Assembly: GCA_977016875.1 (NCBI GenBank) | Contig: CDRNST010000282.1 | Coordinates: 372,001-436,000, forward strand | Direction of reading: 5' to 3' | DNA: 64,000 nucleotides | From: Pavona decussata | Taxonomy: Eukaryota | Shown here: positions 27,330 through 41,700 of the stretch, piece after piece | Layout: each line of letters opens with the position of its first letter | Numbering within the stretch: the stretch's first letter is position 1 | Translations under genes and position numbers: made by a program | The notes under the pieces: generated by a model | What the model was told of the DNA's origin: nothing | What the model saw: the letters and a program-made list of their open reading frames with translations, nothing else | The model's database searches: none

Positions 27330-28998
27330 TAAGAGAACAGAAATTGGTGATACTTGACTTTACGTTTACTACGCGCAAAAACGTTTTATTAATTAGTTGA
27401 GTATGTATACAGTCGTCAACTGCAACTTCATGTATGTTGCTTTTGGGTAACAAAAACTGCCTCTTGATTATATAACTTTGGATTTATCTACATCATAGAT
27501 CACACATTTAACTCTACTATTTACACAGAATAAATTTTAAGTCACCTTAATAATTATGACCAAATCAGCTAAAAGGCACAGAGAGCACGTAGTTCTTTAC
27601 AACCTCTAATGTCGTTGGACCTGTATATCCCGCAGCTCTATTGTGTCAGGGTTACTGCGGGTCCATTGTTTCTGTTGTTTGTTCATTGCTCAGCTACTTT
27701 TTCTACCGCAGGAAGACAGGAGTTTTTCTCCCTCTTCTAGCCTGCAGAACGAACACTACTTTTTTTTTCAGAAAGATAAAACGAAAGAAAAACCAAGCAA
27801 CTGCATTTTTATCCTTGATTTTCAAGCACATTAAAGTGTATTCAAAAGTCTAGCGATATGTTTGGATTCTCTTCAGAACCATTACCAGACAGATGATGAA
27901 AGTAGAAATGATAGGCAAAAGTATAAACCTAAAGTTAAGGTGTAAACGTTTTTGAATAACTGTTTTTGTCACAACTAGTCTAAATTGTTTGATACAAAAA
28001 GGCCTCTTTGCATAATACCAAATTAAAATACAGATCGCTATCTTGTGAAAATGCAATTGCTCGATTTATTCTGCGTTACTTTTCGTTCTGCCGACTACGT
28101 TCCTTTAACGCTCTTGTGGCTGTGTGCTACTCAATTATCTGAATCCTGACCCTAGTTTCAGATCTACTTTTACAATTTTCCAGCCCTCCTCTTCATACCT
28201 AGCCTATGTAATCTACCCATTAATGGCTTGAATACTGTGTGTTAAATATCCATTACGCGCGCAGTTACTCGTGATTGGTTATCCGCAATCTAAAAATAAC
28301 CCAACTTGTGAAAAACACCGTTTCACTGTTAGACACTTTGGGTAATGAATTCCTAAAATACTACAAGTTACTGAAGACAGCTTAATCGTTAATCAATTAC
28401 TGATCCGTGAGATCGTTAACGTTAGCGTACAGGCGATCGTCATACTGACTGAGGTTGACGTAGGTCTGTGGAAAAAACGAGATAATTTATGTTGTAATTA
28501 GCTGTTTGTTGTATAAGGTCATTCACACCCAGTGCAAATTAAGTTATTTGAAATATCTTGGAATACGCTATTTTAATTGATTTTCCCGCGTACAGACTAA
28601 ATATTACATCACATTCACTTTACAATTTTCACAACTTTTTTCAGTCTACCTAAAACGTGCCGAAGAATGTTTATGGGGGCATTACTCCAGCTCCTCAAAG
28701 AAAAAAAAACTGTAAACAAAAGCTTGAAAATATCTTTTTCTGCACTGTTTTCTAGTAACAAGTTATGTGCATGTACAGCGTTTGTGGCACTTTAAAGTAG
28801 ACAGTTACTCTGTTCTGACGTCTCTGGTACGAAAGTTGAAGTCCCGGATACAAAACTCGCTTTCTGCTTGACAGTACAGACCTGTGTCGATTATAACCTT
28901 GTGTTAGGAATTTGAGACGATGTTAAATTGGATTTGATTGGCTAAATATCGTGAAGCTTGTAATAAACAAAATGCGGACCCCAAAAGGCCAAACTTAC

Positions 28999-29645
28999 CA
29001 AGTGGTTTTTCTCCATTTCTCTCATTGTCTCTGTCAATTTTTCAAACGTGGGTCGATCAGTTGGATCTTCTTCCCAACATTTCAGCATTATCTGATATCT
29101 AATCCACAATGACAATATGATTAGTAACAGCAATGTACCTATACCAGGACCTATACAGTTTGATGGTGCTAAGTAATGGTGTCTTTATGAGCTATTGATG
29201 GCAAATAGAATGGTAGTATTAGTCTCCCGATCCCGTCATATTAAGGACAAGAACATGGCTTCTGCGGTTTGTAGTAGCTATCAAGTGTTAAGTAATAGTC
29301 AAGAACAAGGTCTTGTATCCGATACAAAATACGACAAATTAATAACAAACGCACCCAAATGCATACAAAAAGAAATTAAACCAATAAATAAAAACAAGCA
29401 ACAGACAAAAATAACCTCAAAGAATTAAGTTTATAGTTCAGATACTACAAGCCTACTAATCATTCGCCCCCCTCCCCCTGCAGTTTTTGCTCCTGTAGGT
29501 TTTTGGAAAAGGGTCGCCATGTAATTATAAGATGGCATATTTTCTCGTGAAACAAATCAACTTTTAAGCTATAAACATGCTTTTTTACTTTCAGAAATGA
29601 ACAAACGGCACCATCACATTAAAATAACACCCCAATCAGGTCGTT

Positions 29646-29709
<64 letters not shown>

Positions 29710-32700
29710 TTTGTTTGTTTGTTTGTTTGTTCTTTTGTAATAGTCCATCCCTTGTGATAAGCTTTCCTTGTTAGGATCAAACGGGTTGTTCTGGAATATA
29801 CCCTATGCAGGGGGGAGGCAGAGGGAGTTCAGAGACAGGACTAATACCATAAACGTCAAATAAATGACATAAATGGAACTTACAGTCTGCTGTCAACGTG
29901 TCTCGGTTTTGGCATTCTGTATCCTTGTTCCAGCTTCCATGCAATTTGCCCAGCATTTATGTCTGGGTATGGGAATCCGCCTATAGAAAACATTAATTCC
30001 TCATCAAAGAAAAATAGTGTAACGTAATAGTCAGAACTGAGTAATCGGAAGGTCATAGGCTCGACGCCTGTTGGAAGAACCCGGGTTTTCTTTATTCGAG
30101 TGTGCCCGTGTCTCTCACTGACTCAAAAATTCGTGTATAAAATTGGCAAACGATTTTATAATAAAAAAAATCACTCTAAAAAACCGATGACGATTCGACG
30201 CTACTCTACGTCATCATCACATCATTGGCAAATGTTGTTTCTCCTGAGAGGTGCTACCAGCCTGCTTTTTGTTACTTTTTGTATTGAAAATGACTTAAGA
30301 TGTTCTCGTAATCGATGGTCACATTTTCACTTACGTTTAACTTTCTTTCTCTAACTTTAATCACTTGTTTCAGTAGTTTTGTAGCGGTTTCGTCTATGTG
30401 TTTAACTTTAATTATCTGATCAATCGCTTAATGGCCATCGGGGGATATAACAAAAATAGCTTAGAAACAGACAACTACAAACTTACCAACGGTTAGAATC
30501 TCATACAGAAGGATACCGTAACTCCAACTGCAACACAAAGGAAAGTTTTAAAACAATGAAAAATGTTTAAAGGAAGAGAATTCTTGTTCTGGTGATGACG
30601 CTTATCGTGGAAAACGTTTTAAAATTCACTTTATAGTATGTTATGTGTTCAGTCGCTCTAGGATAATTTTTTCATCGAATGCGGCTGTCCTTGCTGTTCT
30701 TTAGCGCCCGTCGACGTTTCGAAAACAGGCTACGGAAAGTTCATCGGGTATGACCCTGTCAACCTAGAAAGTCTTCCCTTGAGCTTGTCGAAACATCAGC
30801 CAATGGTGAGCTTATGCGCTCGAACGGCAGAGGAAAGAGGACGGCTAAATGCCCCCTCGTGACCAACATGTTTTGCATCCTCACGCAGTCTGAAAAGTCT
30901 TCAGTAAATCGCTGACCCCTTGTTGCTTCCAACACGAAGGAATTAATAATGTGAGGAAAGCAGTTTAAACAAGACATAGCTTCGAAAAAGGTTAGAAAAT
31001 TGCGGTCAAGCTGCTGTCACACATAAGCGTGTTGGACGTGTCGCTGTGTTCTTTGCACTGCTGTGCTGTTGCTTAAACTCAGTAATGTAGCTAACAAAAA
31101 CCGTTTTCAGGACGACAAGTCAGAGACTGCTAAAAATTACTTACCCTTACCTGGACAACCGACTGACATTATTCAACTTTATTTAGTTCCCAATCAGAGT
31201 ACTCACACGTCACTTTGTGTTGTGTATATTCCATACAACAAAGCCTCATACGCAGTCCACTTTACAGGCAGTCGGCCCTTTCAATGGCGGAAACAAAACA
31301 AAATAAAACACACACAAAAAATAAATCATTTATCCTTCTAGGTTTGGAAGTATCTTATGCTAGGAAAAGTGGGGTTTTGTTACTCATTGAAAAGGACGTG
31401 TTTTAGAAAGCAAATGATTTTTTTCAGTGATCATTACAGGAACATAAGAGAAGAAAACAAAGTGTTTAATGAAATCATATCTGATATATCATATTCCCTG
31501 ATATACCAAAAGTATATTTTCTGTAGCCTATGGGTAATATAGCCACTGGAATACAGAAAGAAAATTGGGGGTGACGGGGCATTTTTTAGAGATAATTAAG
31601 CAACAATTATTCTAAAAAGCAGTAACATACAAAGCAACGTATAGCGGTTTTTTTTTTTTCCTAAATTGAAACTTTATTATCTCTGTTAAATGCATGATTA
31701 CCCCCAATTTTCTTTTTGGATACCAAACCACTTGCTAAATTCTGCTTTCTCCGCATACATTTAAACCGCGCAAAAATATCCTTGTATTAGTAGGCATCAC
31801 CCATAGGAAACCCGAGTTTCTTGAGATGTGCAGAGCGTATGCGCAGTAACAAAAATATGCACTGAAACCTTTCCCAGCGGTCACAATTTGAAACTACACT
31901 CACTCCACTTTTTCTTGCGTAAACATCATCGTCGCACGCTCTCCTCGCCATCCCAAAATCTGTCACCTTACACTTCTCTCCATCTCCAACAAGAACATTT
32001 CTCGCAGCCAAATCCCGATGGATAATCTGAAGGAAGTAATCAACGAATTTTTAGTGTGTTATTTTCATCGTTTGCGAGCACAACAAACTATAAGGTTAAT
32101 TCTTTTGGGTCGATATATCATGGTCCTTCTGTATAATTGTTCTGTTAAAAGGAAAGTTAAATTAAATTTCTTAAATTATAATTGAACTCAACTAGCTCAT
32201 TGAACTCATTTGCTTTTCATATTGAGCAGCTGTCTAAAGTTATAGATACAAGTCACGGATGGAAAGGAAAAAGGAGAGACATAACATTCTTGCATGAAAG
32301 AGAAAATGTCAGAGGAATGATCCAAGTGTGATTGTACTCCCTACGTTAATTGGCCACACACGACTAGTAACGGGGGAAATGTTCAAGTTCGCTCAATTCC
32401 CNNNNNNNNNNNNNNNNNNNNNNNNNNNNNNNNNNNNNNNNNNNNNNNNNNNNNNNNNNNNNNNNNNNNNNNNNNNNNNNNNNNNNNNNNNNNNNNNNNN
32501 NNNNNNNNNNNNNNNNNNNNNNNNNNNNNNNNNNNNNNNNNNNNNNNNNNNTGTTCAAAGCCATCTTTACAGAGATATTTCCTATACAAATACACATTTG
32601 TTTGTTTGCATGCTAAGACTTTCCTGGATTTGATATTATTCTTCATGCACTTTGAAACCAAAGACCAACAAAAGTAGCTTTTCCGATAAAGTTACCGTTT

Positions 32701-35700
32701 CAGAGCCTAATTTTAACCTGACCTTTTTTGAAGACAAATAACTCATTCCATCGGCGACCTGCCAAGCGAACCTAACCAACTGTTGGGCAGTCAGACTGGT
32801 CTGCGGTTTTGCATCCGAGTTTTTGAAGAAAGTGTCGTTCAGTCCTCGACTCTTCCTCAAGTATCCCAACAGGTCACCAAATGGTACATACTCAATTAGG
32901 ACTAACAGGGGATCTGTGAAAAAGGACAAAAGGCGACATAAAGAGATCGTTAAATACTTNNNNNNNNNNNNNNNNNNNNNNNNNNNNNNNNNNNNNNNNN
33001 NNNNNNNNNNNNNNNNNNNNNNNNNNNNNNNNNNNNNNNNNNNNNNNNNNNNNNNNNNNNNNNNNNNNNNNNNNNNNNNNNNNNNNNNNNNNNNNNNNNN
33101 NNNNNNNNNNNNNNNNNNNNNNNNNNNNNNNNNNNNNNNNCAATCAATCAGATGATTCGTCCATTACCACTTTCAGTGACGCATCCTATCAGCTTGATCA
33201 CGTGGAGATGAGGTTTCAGTTTTTTCATCAACTCAAGTTCTGACAAAAGGTCCTTTCTGTCTGAGGGAGGGGCATTTCCTGAAAGAAATGGAACAACGAT
33301 AATGTTATGATCTCTCTGGCTAAAAGCTTGTTCTCGACTAAACTGATCATGTGGAATAACCATGTTATTATGCCCTGGATTGCGATGAAATAACCAGAAA
33401 AGACATTTCTGTTTGAAGGAGAATTAAGTTTCATCAGTAATATCTCAATCGACTTCTCCACTATGGGACTCAGCTGAAAGCCCATCATCGGGGTATTCAA
33501 TCGCAATATCAGCTTGCTCATATCTTAGGAGTATTTATATAAAGAAACGTTATCAAGTTTAAAAGAAATTTTAAAACATCTCACTTCTGAGCATTTTTGC
33601 CGCCACCTCGGTGTACTCCTGCTCATCCCGCAAGTTCCACACTGTCGCCTTGGCAACTTTTGAGAAGGCCCCTTCACCAATGATTTTGATAAGGTTCACT
33701 TGTTCTCGATTTATTTCCCAGCTTCTTGTTGAGGGATGAAGTGGCATGTAATAGCCATCTGTGGGAGCTTGATGAACCCCACTGACCTCCGACTGGACTG
33801 CGATCGAGTGTTGTCTGCTACGAGGCTGTATGTCGTCTTCCCTTGCGTGATTATTAATTTGATTCTGGTGACAAATGGTGTGCAATCAGATTTGATTAAT
33901 TAAAGGTGACCCACACAATGGTTTCCAGGTTTTCAGCACTTGATATCTCTGAACTGTTTTAAATTTGCAAGCAGTTGCTAATCAGCCATGGTGAAGATGA
34001 CCTATTGCAATACGATAGTAAAAAATGTAGGTCACCGAGCATGGTTTCAGTTAGTTATAACCAGTTAAGGCTAAATTTAGCGCTGTTTTTAATACCAGTT
34101 ATTGGTTATGGTAACATATCAACTAGAAAAAAAAGACCACAGCTTGTTAACCAATGCTTCGCCATGTGTTTAAAACCATTGTTGTGGCATTTATTGATAA
34201 AGAGTGAATTTAAAGGACCTTCAAATTAACAACTGAAGGGAAGTGTTGTAAGAGACCTTAATAGCTTTCTTAATATAAATTGTTTTCTTTCTCTGCTAAA
34301 CCAACGAAGCTCTGAAATCACATATAATCCTCAGTCTTCAGGGCGTAAACATATTCCTGGCAATATTCATGAAACAATTAGTTCATTCGCCCAATTATAT
34401 ATTCTTGCTGACATTTTAGAGTAGGAAATAAAGGTCCTGTTTAAACTCGGCGATACGCTAAAGTATAAGTGTTACAGTCAATCCAGGTCACGCGTGAACA
34501 GTAATTCCAAGAATGAAATGAACATTCGAATTTCTCTTTGTAATGTCCGACGTGTGATCGAAATGTTGGACATCTCTCTGGAAGTCGTTCCGAAAAAGAC
34601 GCATTAACTGAAAAAAAGATTCAAAATACTTGGGAAACAATTGTTATTCTTGAAATATTCAATTTTGCAATGTAAGGAAAAATTCATAGCTTTATACTGT
34701 CAATAAGCTGGGGAAATTTATACGGTAACTCTGAAATCTCGTTGGCGATTGAAAACTGACATGTAAATTTCAAAATTCAAAAATATCGTTCACGCGTGAC
34801 CTGGGTTGACTGTAAAAGGCATCAGAAAAATCGCCGTGCGTCCAACCGGCCAGCATGAGACAAACACAAACATAAGCAAATGAAACGCTTCCCTTTTTCT
34901 CGTGCTTGTGGATATTAGTTACTTTAGGGGTGGTTATGAATGGTTCAACACTTACCATCGGTACAACGTCCACGCATTTTGCGGATTCGTGTCCTCTGAA
35001 ACAATAAAAAAGATTAGTTTTTTAATGTTTCGGGTTCGAATTCGATTTTGGTTAACGTTTGGAATTGAATGGCCAACAAAATTTAATTGTAAAACTGTTT
35101 AATTTATCGTTGGGTTAACAAAAATTAACTAAAAGTATTTATATATTTTAAAAGGCTTTCGAGAGTCGGGTCGTCTATATTTAATTTTGAGTACTTTTTA
35201 CCGTCCACAATCTACGCCTATAGGTCCTGTTTACCCGTATCCGTTTTCTGCTTGAAGATAGAAAACCTTGTTTTGTGCTTTGCGTCCATTCACCGGTATT
35301 CGCTGAAAAAAGGTCACCGCAAACTCATATTTTGAGACCTTTTCGAAAAGGATGACTTTTTGAGCTTGAACGGCAACGGCCATCGGTTTCGAAAAGTGCC
35401 GCTTTCAGTGAGACTGTTTTTATCGGGTTGGTGTTAGCAAGAGAAGAAAACCTTTCTGTTCTCAAAGGAAAATGGTTACGTGTGGAAGAGCGAAAACTAA
35501 CGGATACATGCCGAATGGGCGTAAATACGTTCTATAAACAAGAAGCATCAAGTGTCATAAATTAAAAACGAATGTTACTTACTGACTTTTTGTCTTGAGT
35601 TTCCCTGAAAACAAGAAAAATGCTTTAAGCAAACAACAAACATTATTTCCTCCTAGCCTCTGAGATCCAAATTTTCAAGGATCATCTCGATAAATAATGC

Positions 35701-38700
35701 CAATCAGTTTCAGTCATTCCCTTCTTTCGATGTCTAGCACCGGCGGTAGTGAAGGCAGCTAAGCGATGTGGCCTTGCAAAAGTATCTCTGATGTTTGAAA
35801 GATTTAAGGTCCTCTTCATCGTAGTGAATGTCCTTAACCTCAGCCAGAGCTGAGTAATCTGTTATGATCATGCGAATCAAACAAACAAGTATCTCAGTAG
35901 TGGCTAGTAAGATCGGCCACGTGACAGTGGTTCCTGGATTAGAAATGTTACCTGTTGTCGTGCTTTTTACATGGCCATCGGATAAGCTGATCTAATCGCC
36001 AGGCTTCCAGTATCGTGTATTAGTTTCCCACATAAACCTTAGTTACCCTAAAATGATTATCATACTTAGTTTACTGAGTAAATTTTGTTCCTCAATATAT
36101 TTTACAGGCAACTTAAGTTAACGTCCCATAAATAAGTAAATGTCATTTGCCATGACTGTTACCTGGAGAGCTGCAGAGGAGAAAACTCAGAATACCAATC
36201 AACAGCAGTAAGATGAAGATTACAATGATGTAAACAGAGTGTAGAATTGTCTTTTCTTCTCCACAAGAATACCCTAAAATGTGAATGACTGGACGTAAAT
36301 ACATACACACACCATGAGATACAACCCACATTTTCATGTTTCGCCACGAAACAATCTTGACCGAATAATGTTTGAGATGTGTGGTGATTCGGGAGTTTCC
36401 TGGTAGGCTAGGGTAAAAGAAGCTACTTTTAAAAAGTTATCTTCAACGAAAAATTTACTTTTCCGTACACCATTGTTTCCATAATTTCACATCACGGAAA
36501 ATGTAGATGTGATTTTAGAAAATTGGGTTGAAGAAGGGAGGACGTGACATTCAGTCCCGTCAACGCCAGTTTGCACAACATAACAAATACAACTTATCGT
36601 GGACGAACTCAATATGACCTGGGATCACAGATCTCATTTTTGACAATTTCAAAGAAACACACCATTCGTTTTTACCAGAAAAACCTTCCCTTCTTCCAAA
36701 CGAAAAATCTAATACAACAGGAACCCTTACCTTCAAGCGAGAATGCTTTAGGAAGGGCATCTCCCTCGAACACATAATTTCTGGCGTAAACCTTCACCAT
36801 GTAGTTGTTATTTTTACTCAGACCTTCGATGAGTGATTCTCTGATAGCGGGGTCAGTAATGTTTTTGTCCTGTAGAATGACCACTCTGTATGCTGTAATG
36901 GGACTTCCTCCATCATCAGCTGGTGCAGTCCATTTTACCTTTAATGAAGTGGCCTGAATGTCTGTACCTTCTGAGATGACGCTTGGCGAACTGGGCGCCT
37001 CTGGAGGAGAAGAGAGCATTGCTGTATGAGCAGAAAGCGTTAAATTGTTGAAGGAAAATGACAGTTTGGCTAAACAATAATAGCTATTTCCAGAGGCGTG
37101 TCCCTTGTTTTTTCGCAAAGAGCAAAAAACTAATAAGTATAATTAATATTTTTCATATTGACTAGCGAGCAAAGACCACTATGAAGTCCAGAGCCAAAAA
37201 AGGGGTCCTAGTGGCCAGATTTAATTTCATGCTTATTAGGTAGCTCATCGGTCTTTCTGGTTATATTACGTTCATGAAAGCAAGCAAAAAATCAATACTC
37301 CTCTTACTTATCTGTTGTAATTGTATCGTTTGCTTTGCATAATGGCCAAAGCCGTTATCAGCTTTGCAAGTGTAAATTCCAAAATCTTGGTCATCAGTCG
37401 TATCAACACGGATTGTGTTTTCCTTGGATGTGACGGAGTTGAGCACACTTCCATTGGGTTTGATCCAGGTGATGGTTGGTGTGGGAATTCCATCTGACAC
37501 ACACTTTAATGTTACTGTCTGGCCAATCCACGACTCACTTTTGGATGACGTAACATTTTCTATGGTAGCTGGATCTGAGAATGCATTGCATACAAAAGCC
37601 ATCGTTAGTTTGGCATTGGGTCCCCCTGAAGAAAGCACACGCCCACACTCACGCATACATCAAGAAGGCGACCCATTTCGATGTCACTTCAGAACTCCTT
37701 TAGAGGAAAAGCCACACAGTTCATGCAGGAACTTACCAACTAAAAGTACCTAAGTTGGCAGAATATTTGAAAATAGATGACTCTTGAGAGTTTTCTGATT
37801 GACGTATAAAAATACACTCAAACCTGGGTAACGAACGTACAACTGACTGTCAACGATGAATGGGCCAAGCTTTTCGTCGGCAATTTCATCCTGCAGAGGC
37901 TTCAATGGCTCTACTGATGATTGATCGAATACCAACCCTACAGCCGCCATGACAATCTCAGAACTAAAAATGTAAATATACGCAGATGCAAATCAACTTT
38001 ATGACGAACCTTGTATGGATATTCTTAGTCCGATGATGGTATGGTTCGTACCGAAATATAACTTGTTTCCAACTTAGTTTTTGTCATTATGTCGGAGTAT
38101 CTTTCGTTTTATATGTACTGAAATTATCAACAGGTACTGGGTTTTAGTATTATGACTAATGATAAACACGTAAAATGTTTTTTTTTTTTTTTGCCAAAAT
38201 AGGAACTACGTGATAACACTATTGGAAAAGAATAGAAATGGAATGTTTATGCTGGAAATATCTTTTGTTTGATTGAGAAGGAATTGAAAAACTGAGAAAG
38301 GAGTGCTTCGTGTTTTGTCAGGGTACCCAAACACCTGAAAACAACGAAAGCACTCGCATCACGGTCTTGTACTCTCATGTTTGTTCTTCCGAGTTTGGAA
38401 ACCCTGAAGAAACACTCGCGCTTAAAGTATTACAGCAATAATTTACTAGTAGCGTTGTAGAGCACTTACCCAATATCAAAATTTTGAAGAGTAAGACTGT
38501 AAAGCAATTTCTCAGGATTGGTGGTGTAAACAGCCGAGATCTCAAAACATAAAAAAATAACAATCAGAGTAATAGAAATGGTATTTTGCATTAGAATAAA
38601 CCAGAATAACGTTTACAGAGCGACGCGCCTTACCGTGGCCACCCAACAAACTTTCTAAAATACAAAAAGACATATTTTCTATAGTTCGTTGTTGCGTCAC

Positions 38701-41700
38701 TTGCCTGTTGGACTTTGCAAGGAGGCGTAGCCGTTAGTCAAATTCGCGTATCCTGATTGGCAAACTTGTAAAAAAAGTTTGTTGGGTGGCTTCGGTAAGG
38801 CGCGTCGCACTGTAACAACTGGTATACTCCTTCGGATTGATCACCTATTTTGACAGCTAGGTTTTCTATTATTAAATTGGGAATTTATTTCACCTTTTCA
38901 GGATTATTTATGGTTATCGCCGTTACTTTCAGATTTTTATGCCATTTTATCAGTCGTTTTTTGATTTGACTATTTTTGAGTCAATCTGACCGGTTTTCTG
39001 GGGTTTTGGATATCCAAGATGGCAGCAGTACGATATAAAAGACGTAATTCGCAAGCCATATGACGGTATCACCCCATTATGTGGAACCCAAAATAAATAG
39101 ATTTCTTAGTACAACATATCCTCCAGGCTTCGTTGCAATAGGTTAAATGCCCCTCAAGTTACGAGCGTACAATGTGTCCCTTCCTCCTTCTCCTACCCTC
39201 CCACCTCAGGCTCATCAGGCAGATATTGCATGTACGCAAGAATTCTTGACATTTGGGAAGGTAATAGTGAACTTTTTAAGGCCGTTATAAGGAAAACGTT
39301 ATCGCACAATTATCAGAACATTTCCAACGATTGCTGAACATTGCCAAGGCAGATTGCAAAAACTTGTATGGCCGGTTTGCAATTGGTCAAAACAATCTGA
39401 TTCACGTCCTATTCAATAACCCATCATTTTCAAAGATCGGAAAAATTCTCTGCCCTTATAATTTATCAAGAAGTGTATATTAAGGCAAAAACGTTATAGC
39501 TTACTGCTGAAAGAAAATTGTATTCCACCGCCTTCAAATGTTTATGATCTCTCCTGGAAAAGGCTTTCTTCCATGTTTCGCCTCTTACGGTCATGGTAAT
39601 TACTCCAGATTTGCAGTGTTTCCGCGCGCCTATTACAAACAAAACAGAAAAATAAATTTCCACACTGTTTCGGAAGAGTGTAGATGATGTTGCACTGGGA
39701 AATTTTAAATTTAACGCTCCACAGCGCAGGGAACTTTCAATGTAACATTATGCAATTGTTCGGGAAACGCGTAGCAAAAGTATATAAAAACAGATAACAT
39801 GTTTTCATGTTATCTAAACAAATTTCTTCGTTAACAGTTGTCCCAGCGCTGTTACACGATAACAACTTTTAAAGCAACTTCCTTCCGTGTGACACAACCT
39901 TAAAGGCGGAACAATGGGACAGTCAAATCTTACAATCGACGCATACTTACATGACAAACCGACAATGCTGACTCGAGTAGCATCCCTGCCATATCCGTTG
40001 CTAGCCGTGCATCTGTATGATCCAACATCCTTTTCCTGCATGCTAACTATACGTAACTCATAGCCAGAAATATTAAACTGTTTTTGTGGGACACCATCTT
40101 TGGTCCAGATAAAAGTCGGTTTTGGGTCACCATGTCCAAAGCACTTCAAGGTTAGAGTTTTTCCAAGGTCCATGATTGTCATTCTGCGCGGATTAACAAT
40201 GATTCTGGGAGGTACTGAAAAATAGTTATATTATTAACAAAAAAACCGTCATGAATGTTCAACTTTTTCATTCCTTGCTTCAAGTCCTAAACCTTAAAGA
40301 ATGGCCATTGAAATGTAATTAGCTGATAAGAAATTCTTTTCTGTAGTACTGTGTATGATACCACACACAAAGCGGATCTCAGTTTTGAGTTTGTGGATGT
40401 AATTCGTACGTATGCCAATCAAGACGAAAAGGTATCGAGCAGTACTTTCCGTCTGGTACGTACGGTTAATAATACCGCTCTTCAAGGTGTTTCTTATTCC
40501 AGAAGATTACAGAACTATTCAAAGGAAGTTGTTGAACAATAACGCAATTTTCTTTAACTTTAATTTCAATTTCAGTTTTCTGTCTTTCGTTTGACAAATT
40601 ACAATTTCTTAAAAATTAAGAATCCAAATTGTTTTGTTACCTCACATGTCTTAGATATAGATCCCTTCCAAAAAGCACTTGTATTTAGTAATGGGTAAGA
40701 GCACCCCCAATAGGCTACTTATTTTACCTTTAACATCAAGCCTTATGTTGTATGCCCAATGAGAATCCGTCAGGTAAATCCTGCACTGAAATGTAGCTTT
40801 CTCTTTCTTAGTCACCTTCTTTATAGTTAAAGCAGAGAATTCATTCGTACTAACAACACTTGTGAACCGAGACTGGTAGGCGTCTGGTATGAAACGGTCT
40901 CCATACAATACATAGGCGACGTCTCGCTTTCTAATGCCATCATCCATGATGAAGAAAGTTTGCCTTAAGCTTTGATTTGTCGGCAATGTGTATTTCCATA
41001 TCAAAGAATAGTTAGTAGTGCCACTCAGCACTTGAATAACAGCGGTTTGAATGTTTGCTGGATCAGCTCCAAGGGTAGTCTGGTTCCAAGCTGGAAGAGG
41101 GACAGCCCACAAAAATGTATAAGCAACTGTAAGTAAGAAGTACAGAGGTCAAATTTAATGTTTTTTTTTTTAAGCTACAGTTTCAGGATTACTGTTAAAG
41201 ACACCTTAACATTTTCACACCTTGCAGAGCTACTGTGGTGACGAGTTGGCTATGATCATGATTGATGATAGTCCCATACCCAACAAGAGCTAGTAGAATA
41301 CTAGAAGGCTAAAAGACGATTTAATGGTCGCTACTTCTCGGGCATGGTATAATGGTCGATATTCCATTGCGCTAAGCCAATCACAACTCCGAAACTGCAT
41401 TATTCAGTGATACAGGTTAAAGTAATGATAAATATCCGGAGATAAGAAGAATCATAGCCTGAATGTCAGAATCCTCATGTCTGCCAACGCACGAATATAA
41501 TATGCTTCCGTCAGTATATGCAATGTTATATCTACTGATATTTTTAATCTTGTGGCGAAAAGTAAGGTATCCTACCACGAGTGTAACAACTCGTATACCT
41601 ACCTTACTTACACAATTCAGTATGCCTCATGTATACTGGGGAATAATATAATTACGTACAAGGAATCCTAAAACAAGTATAAAGGATCCTGAGTGTGTGA

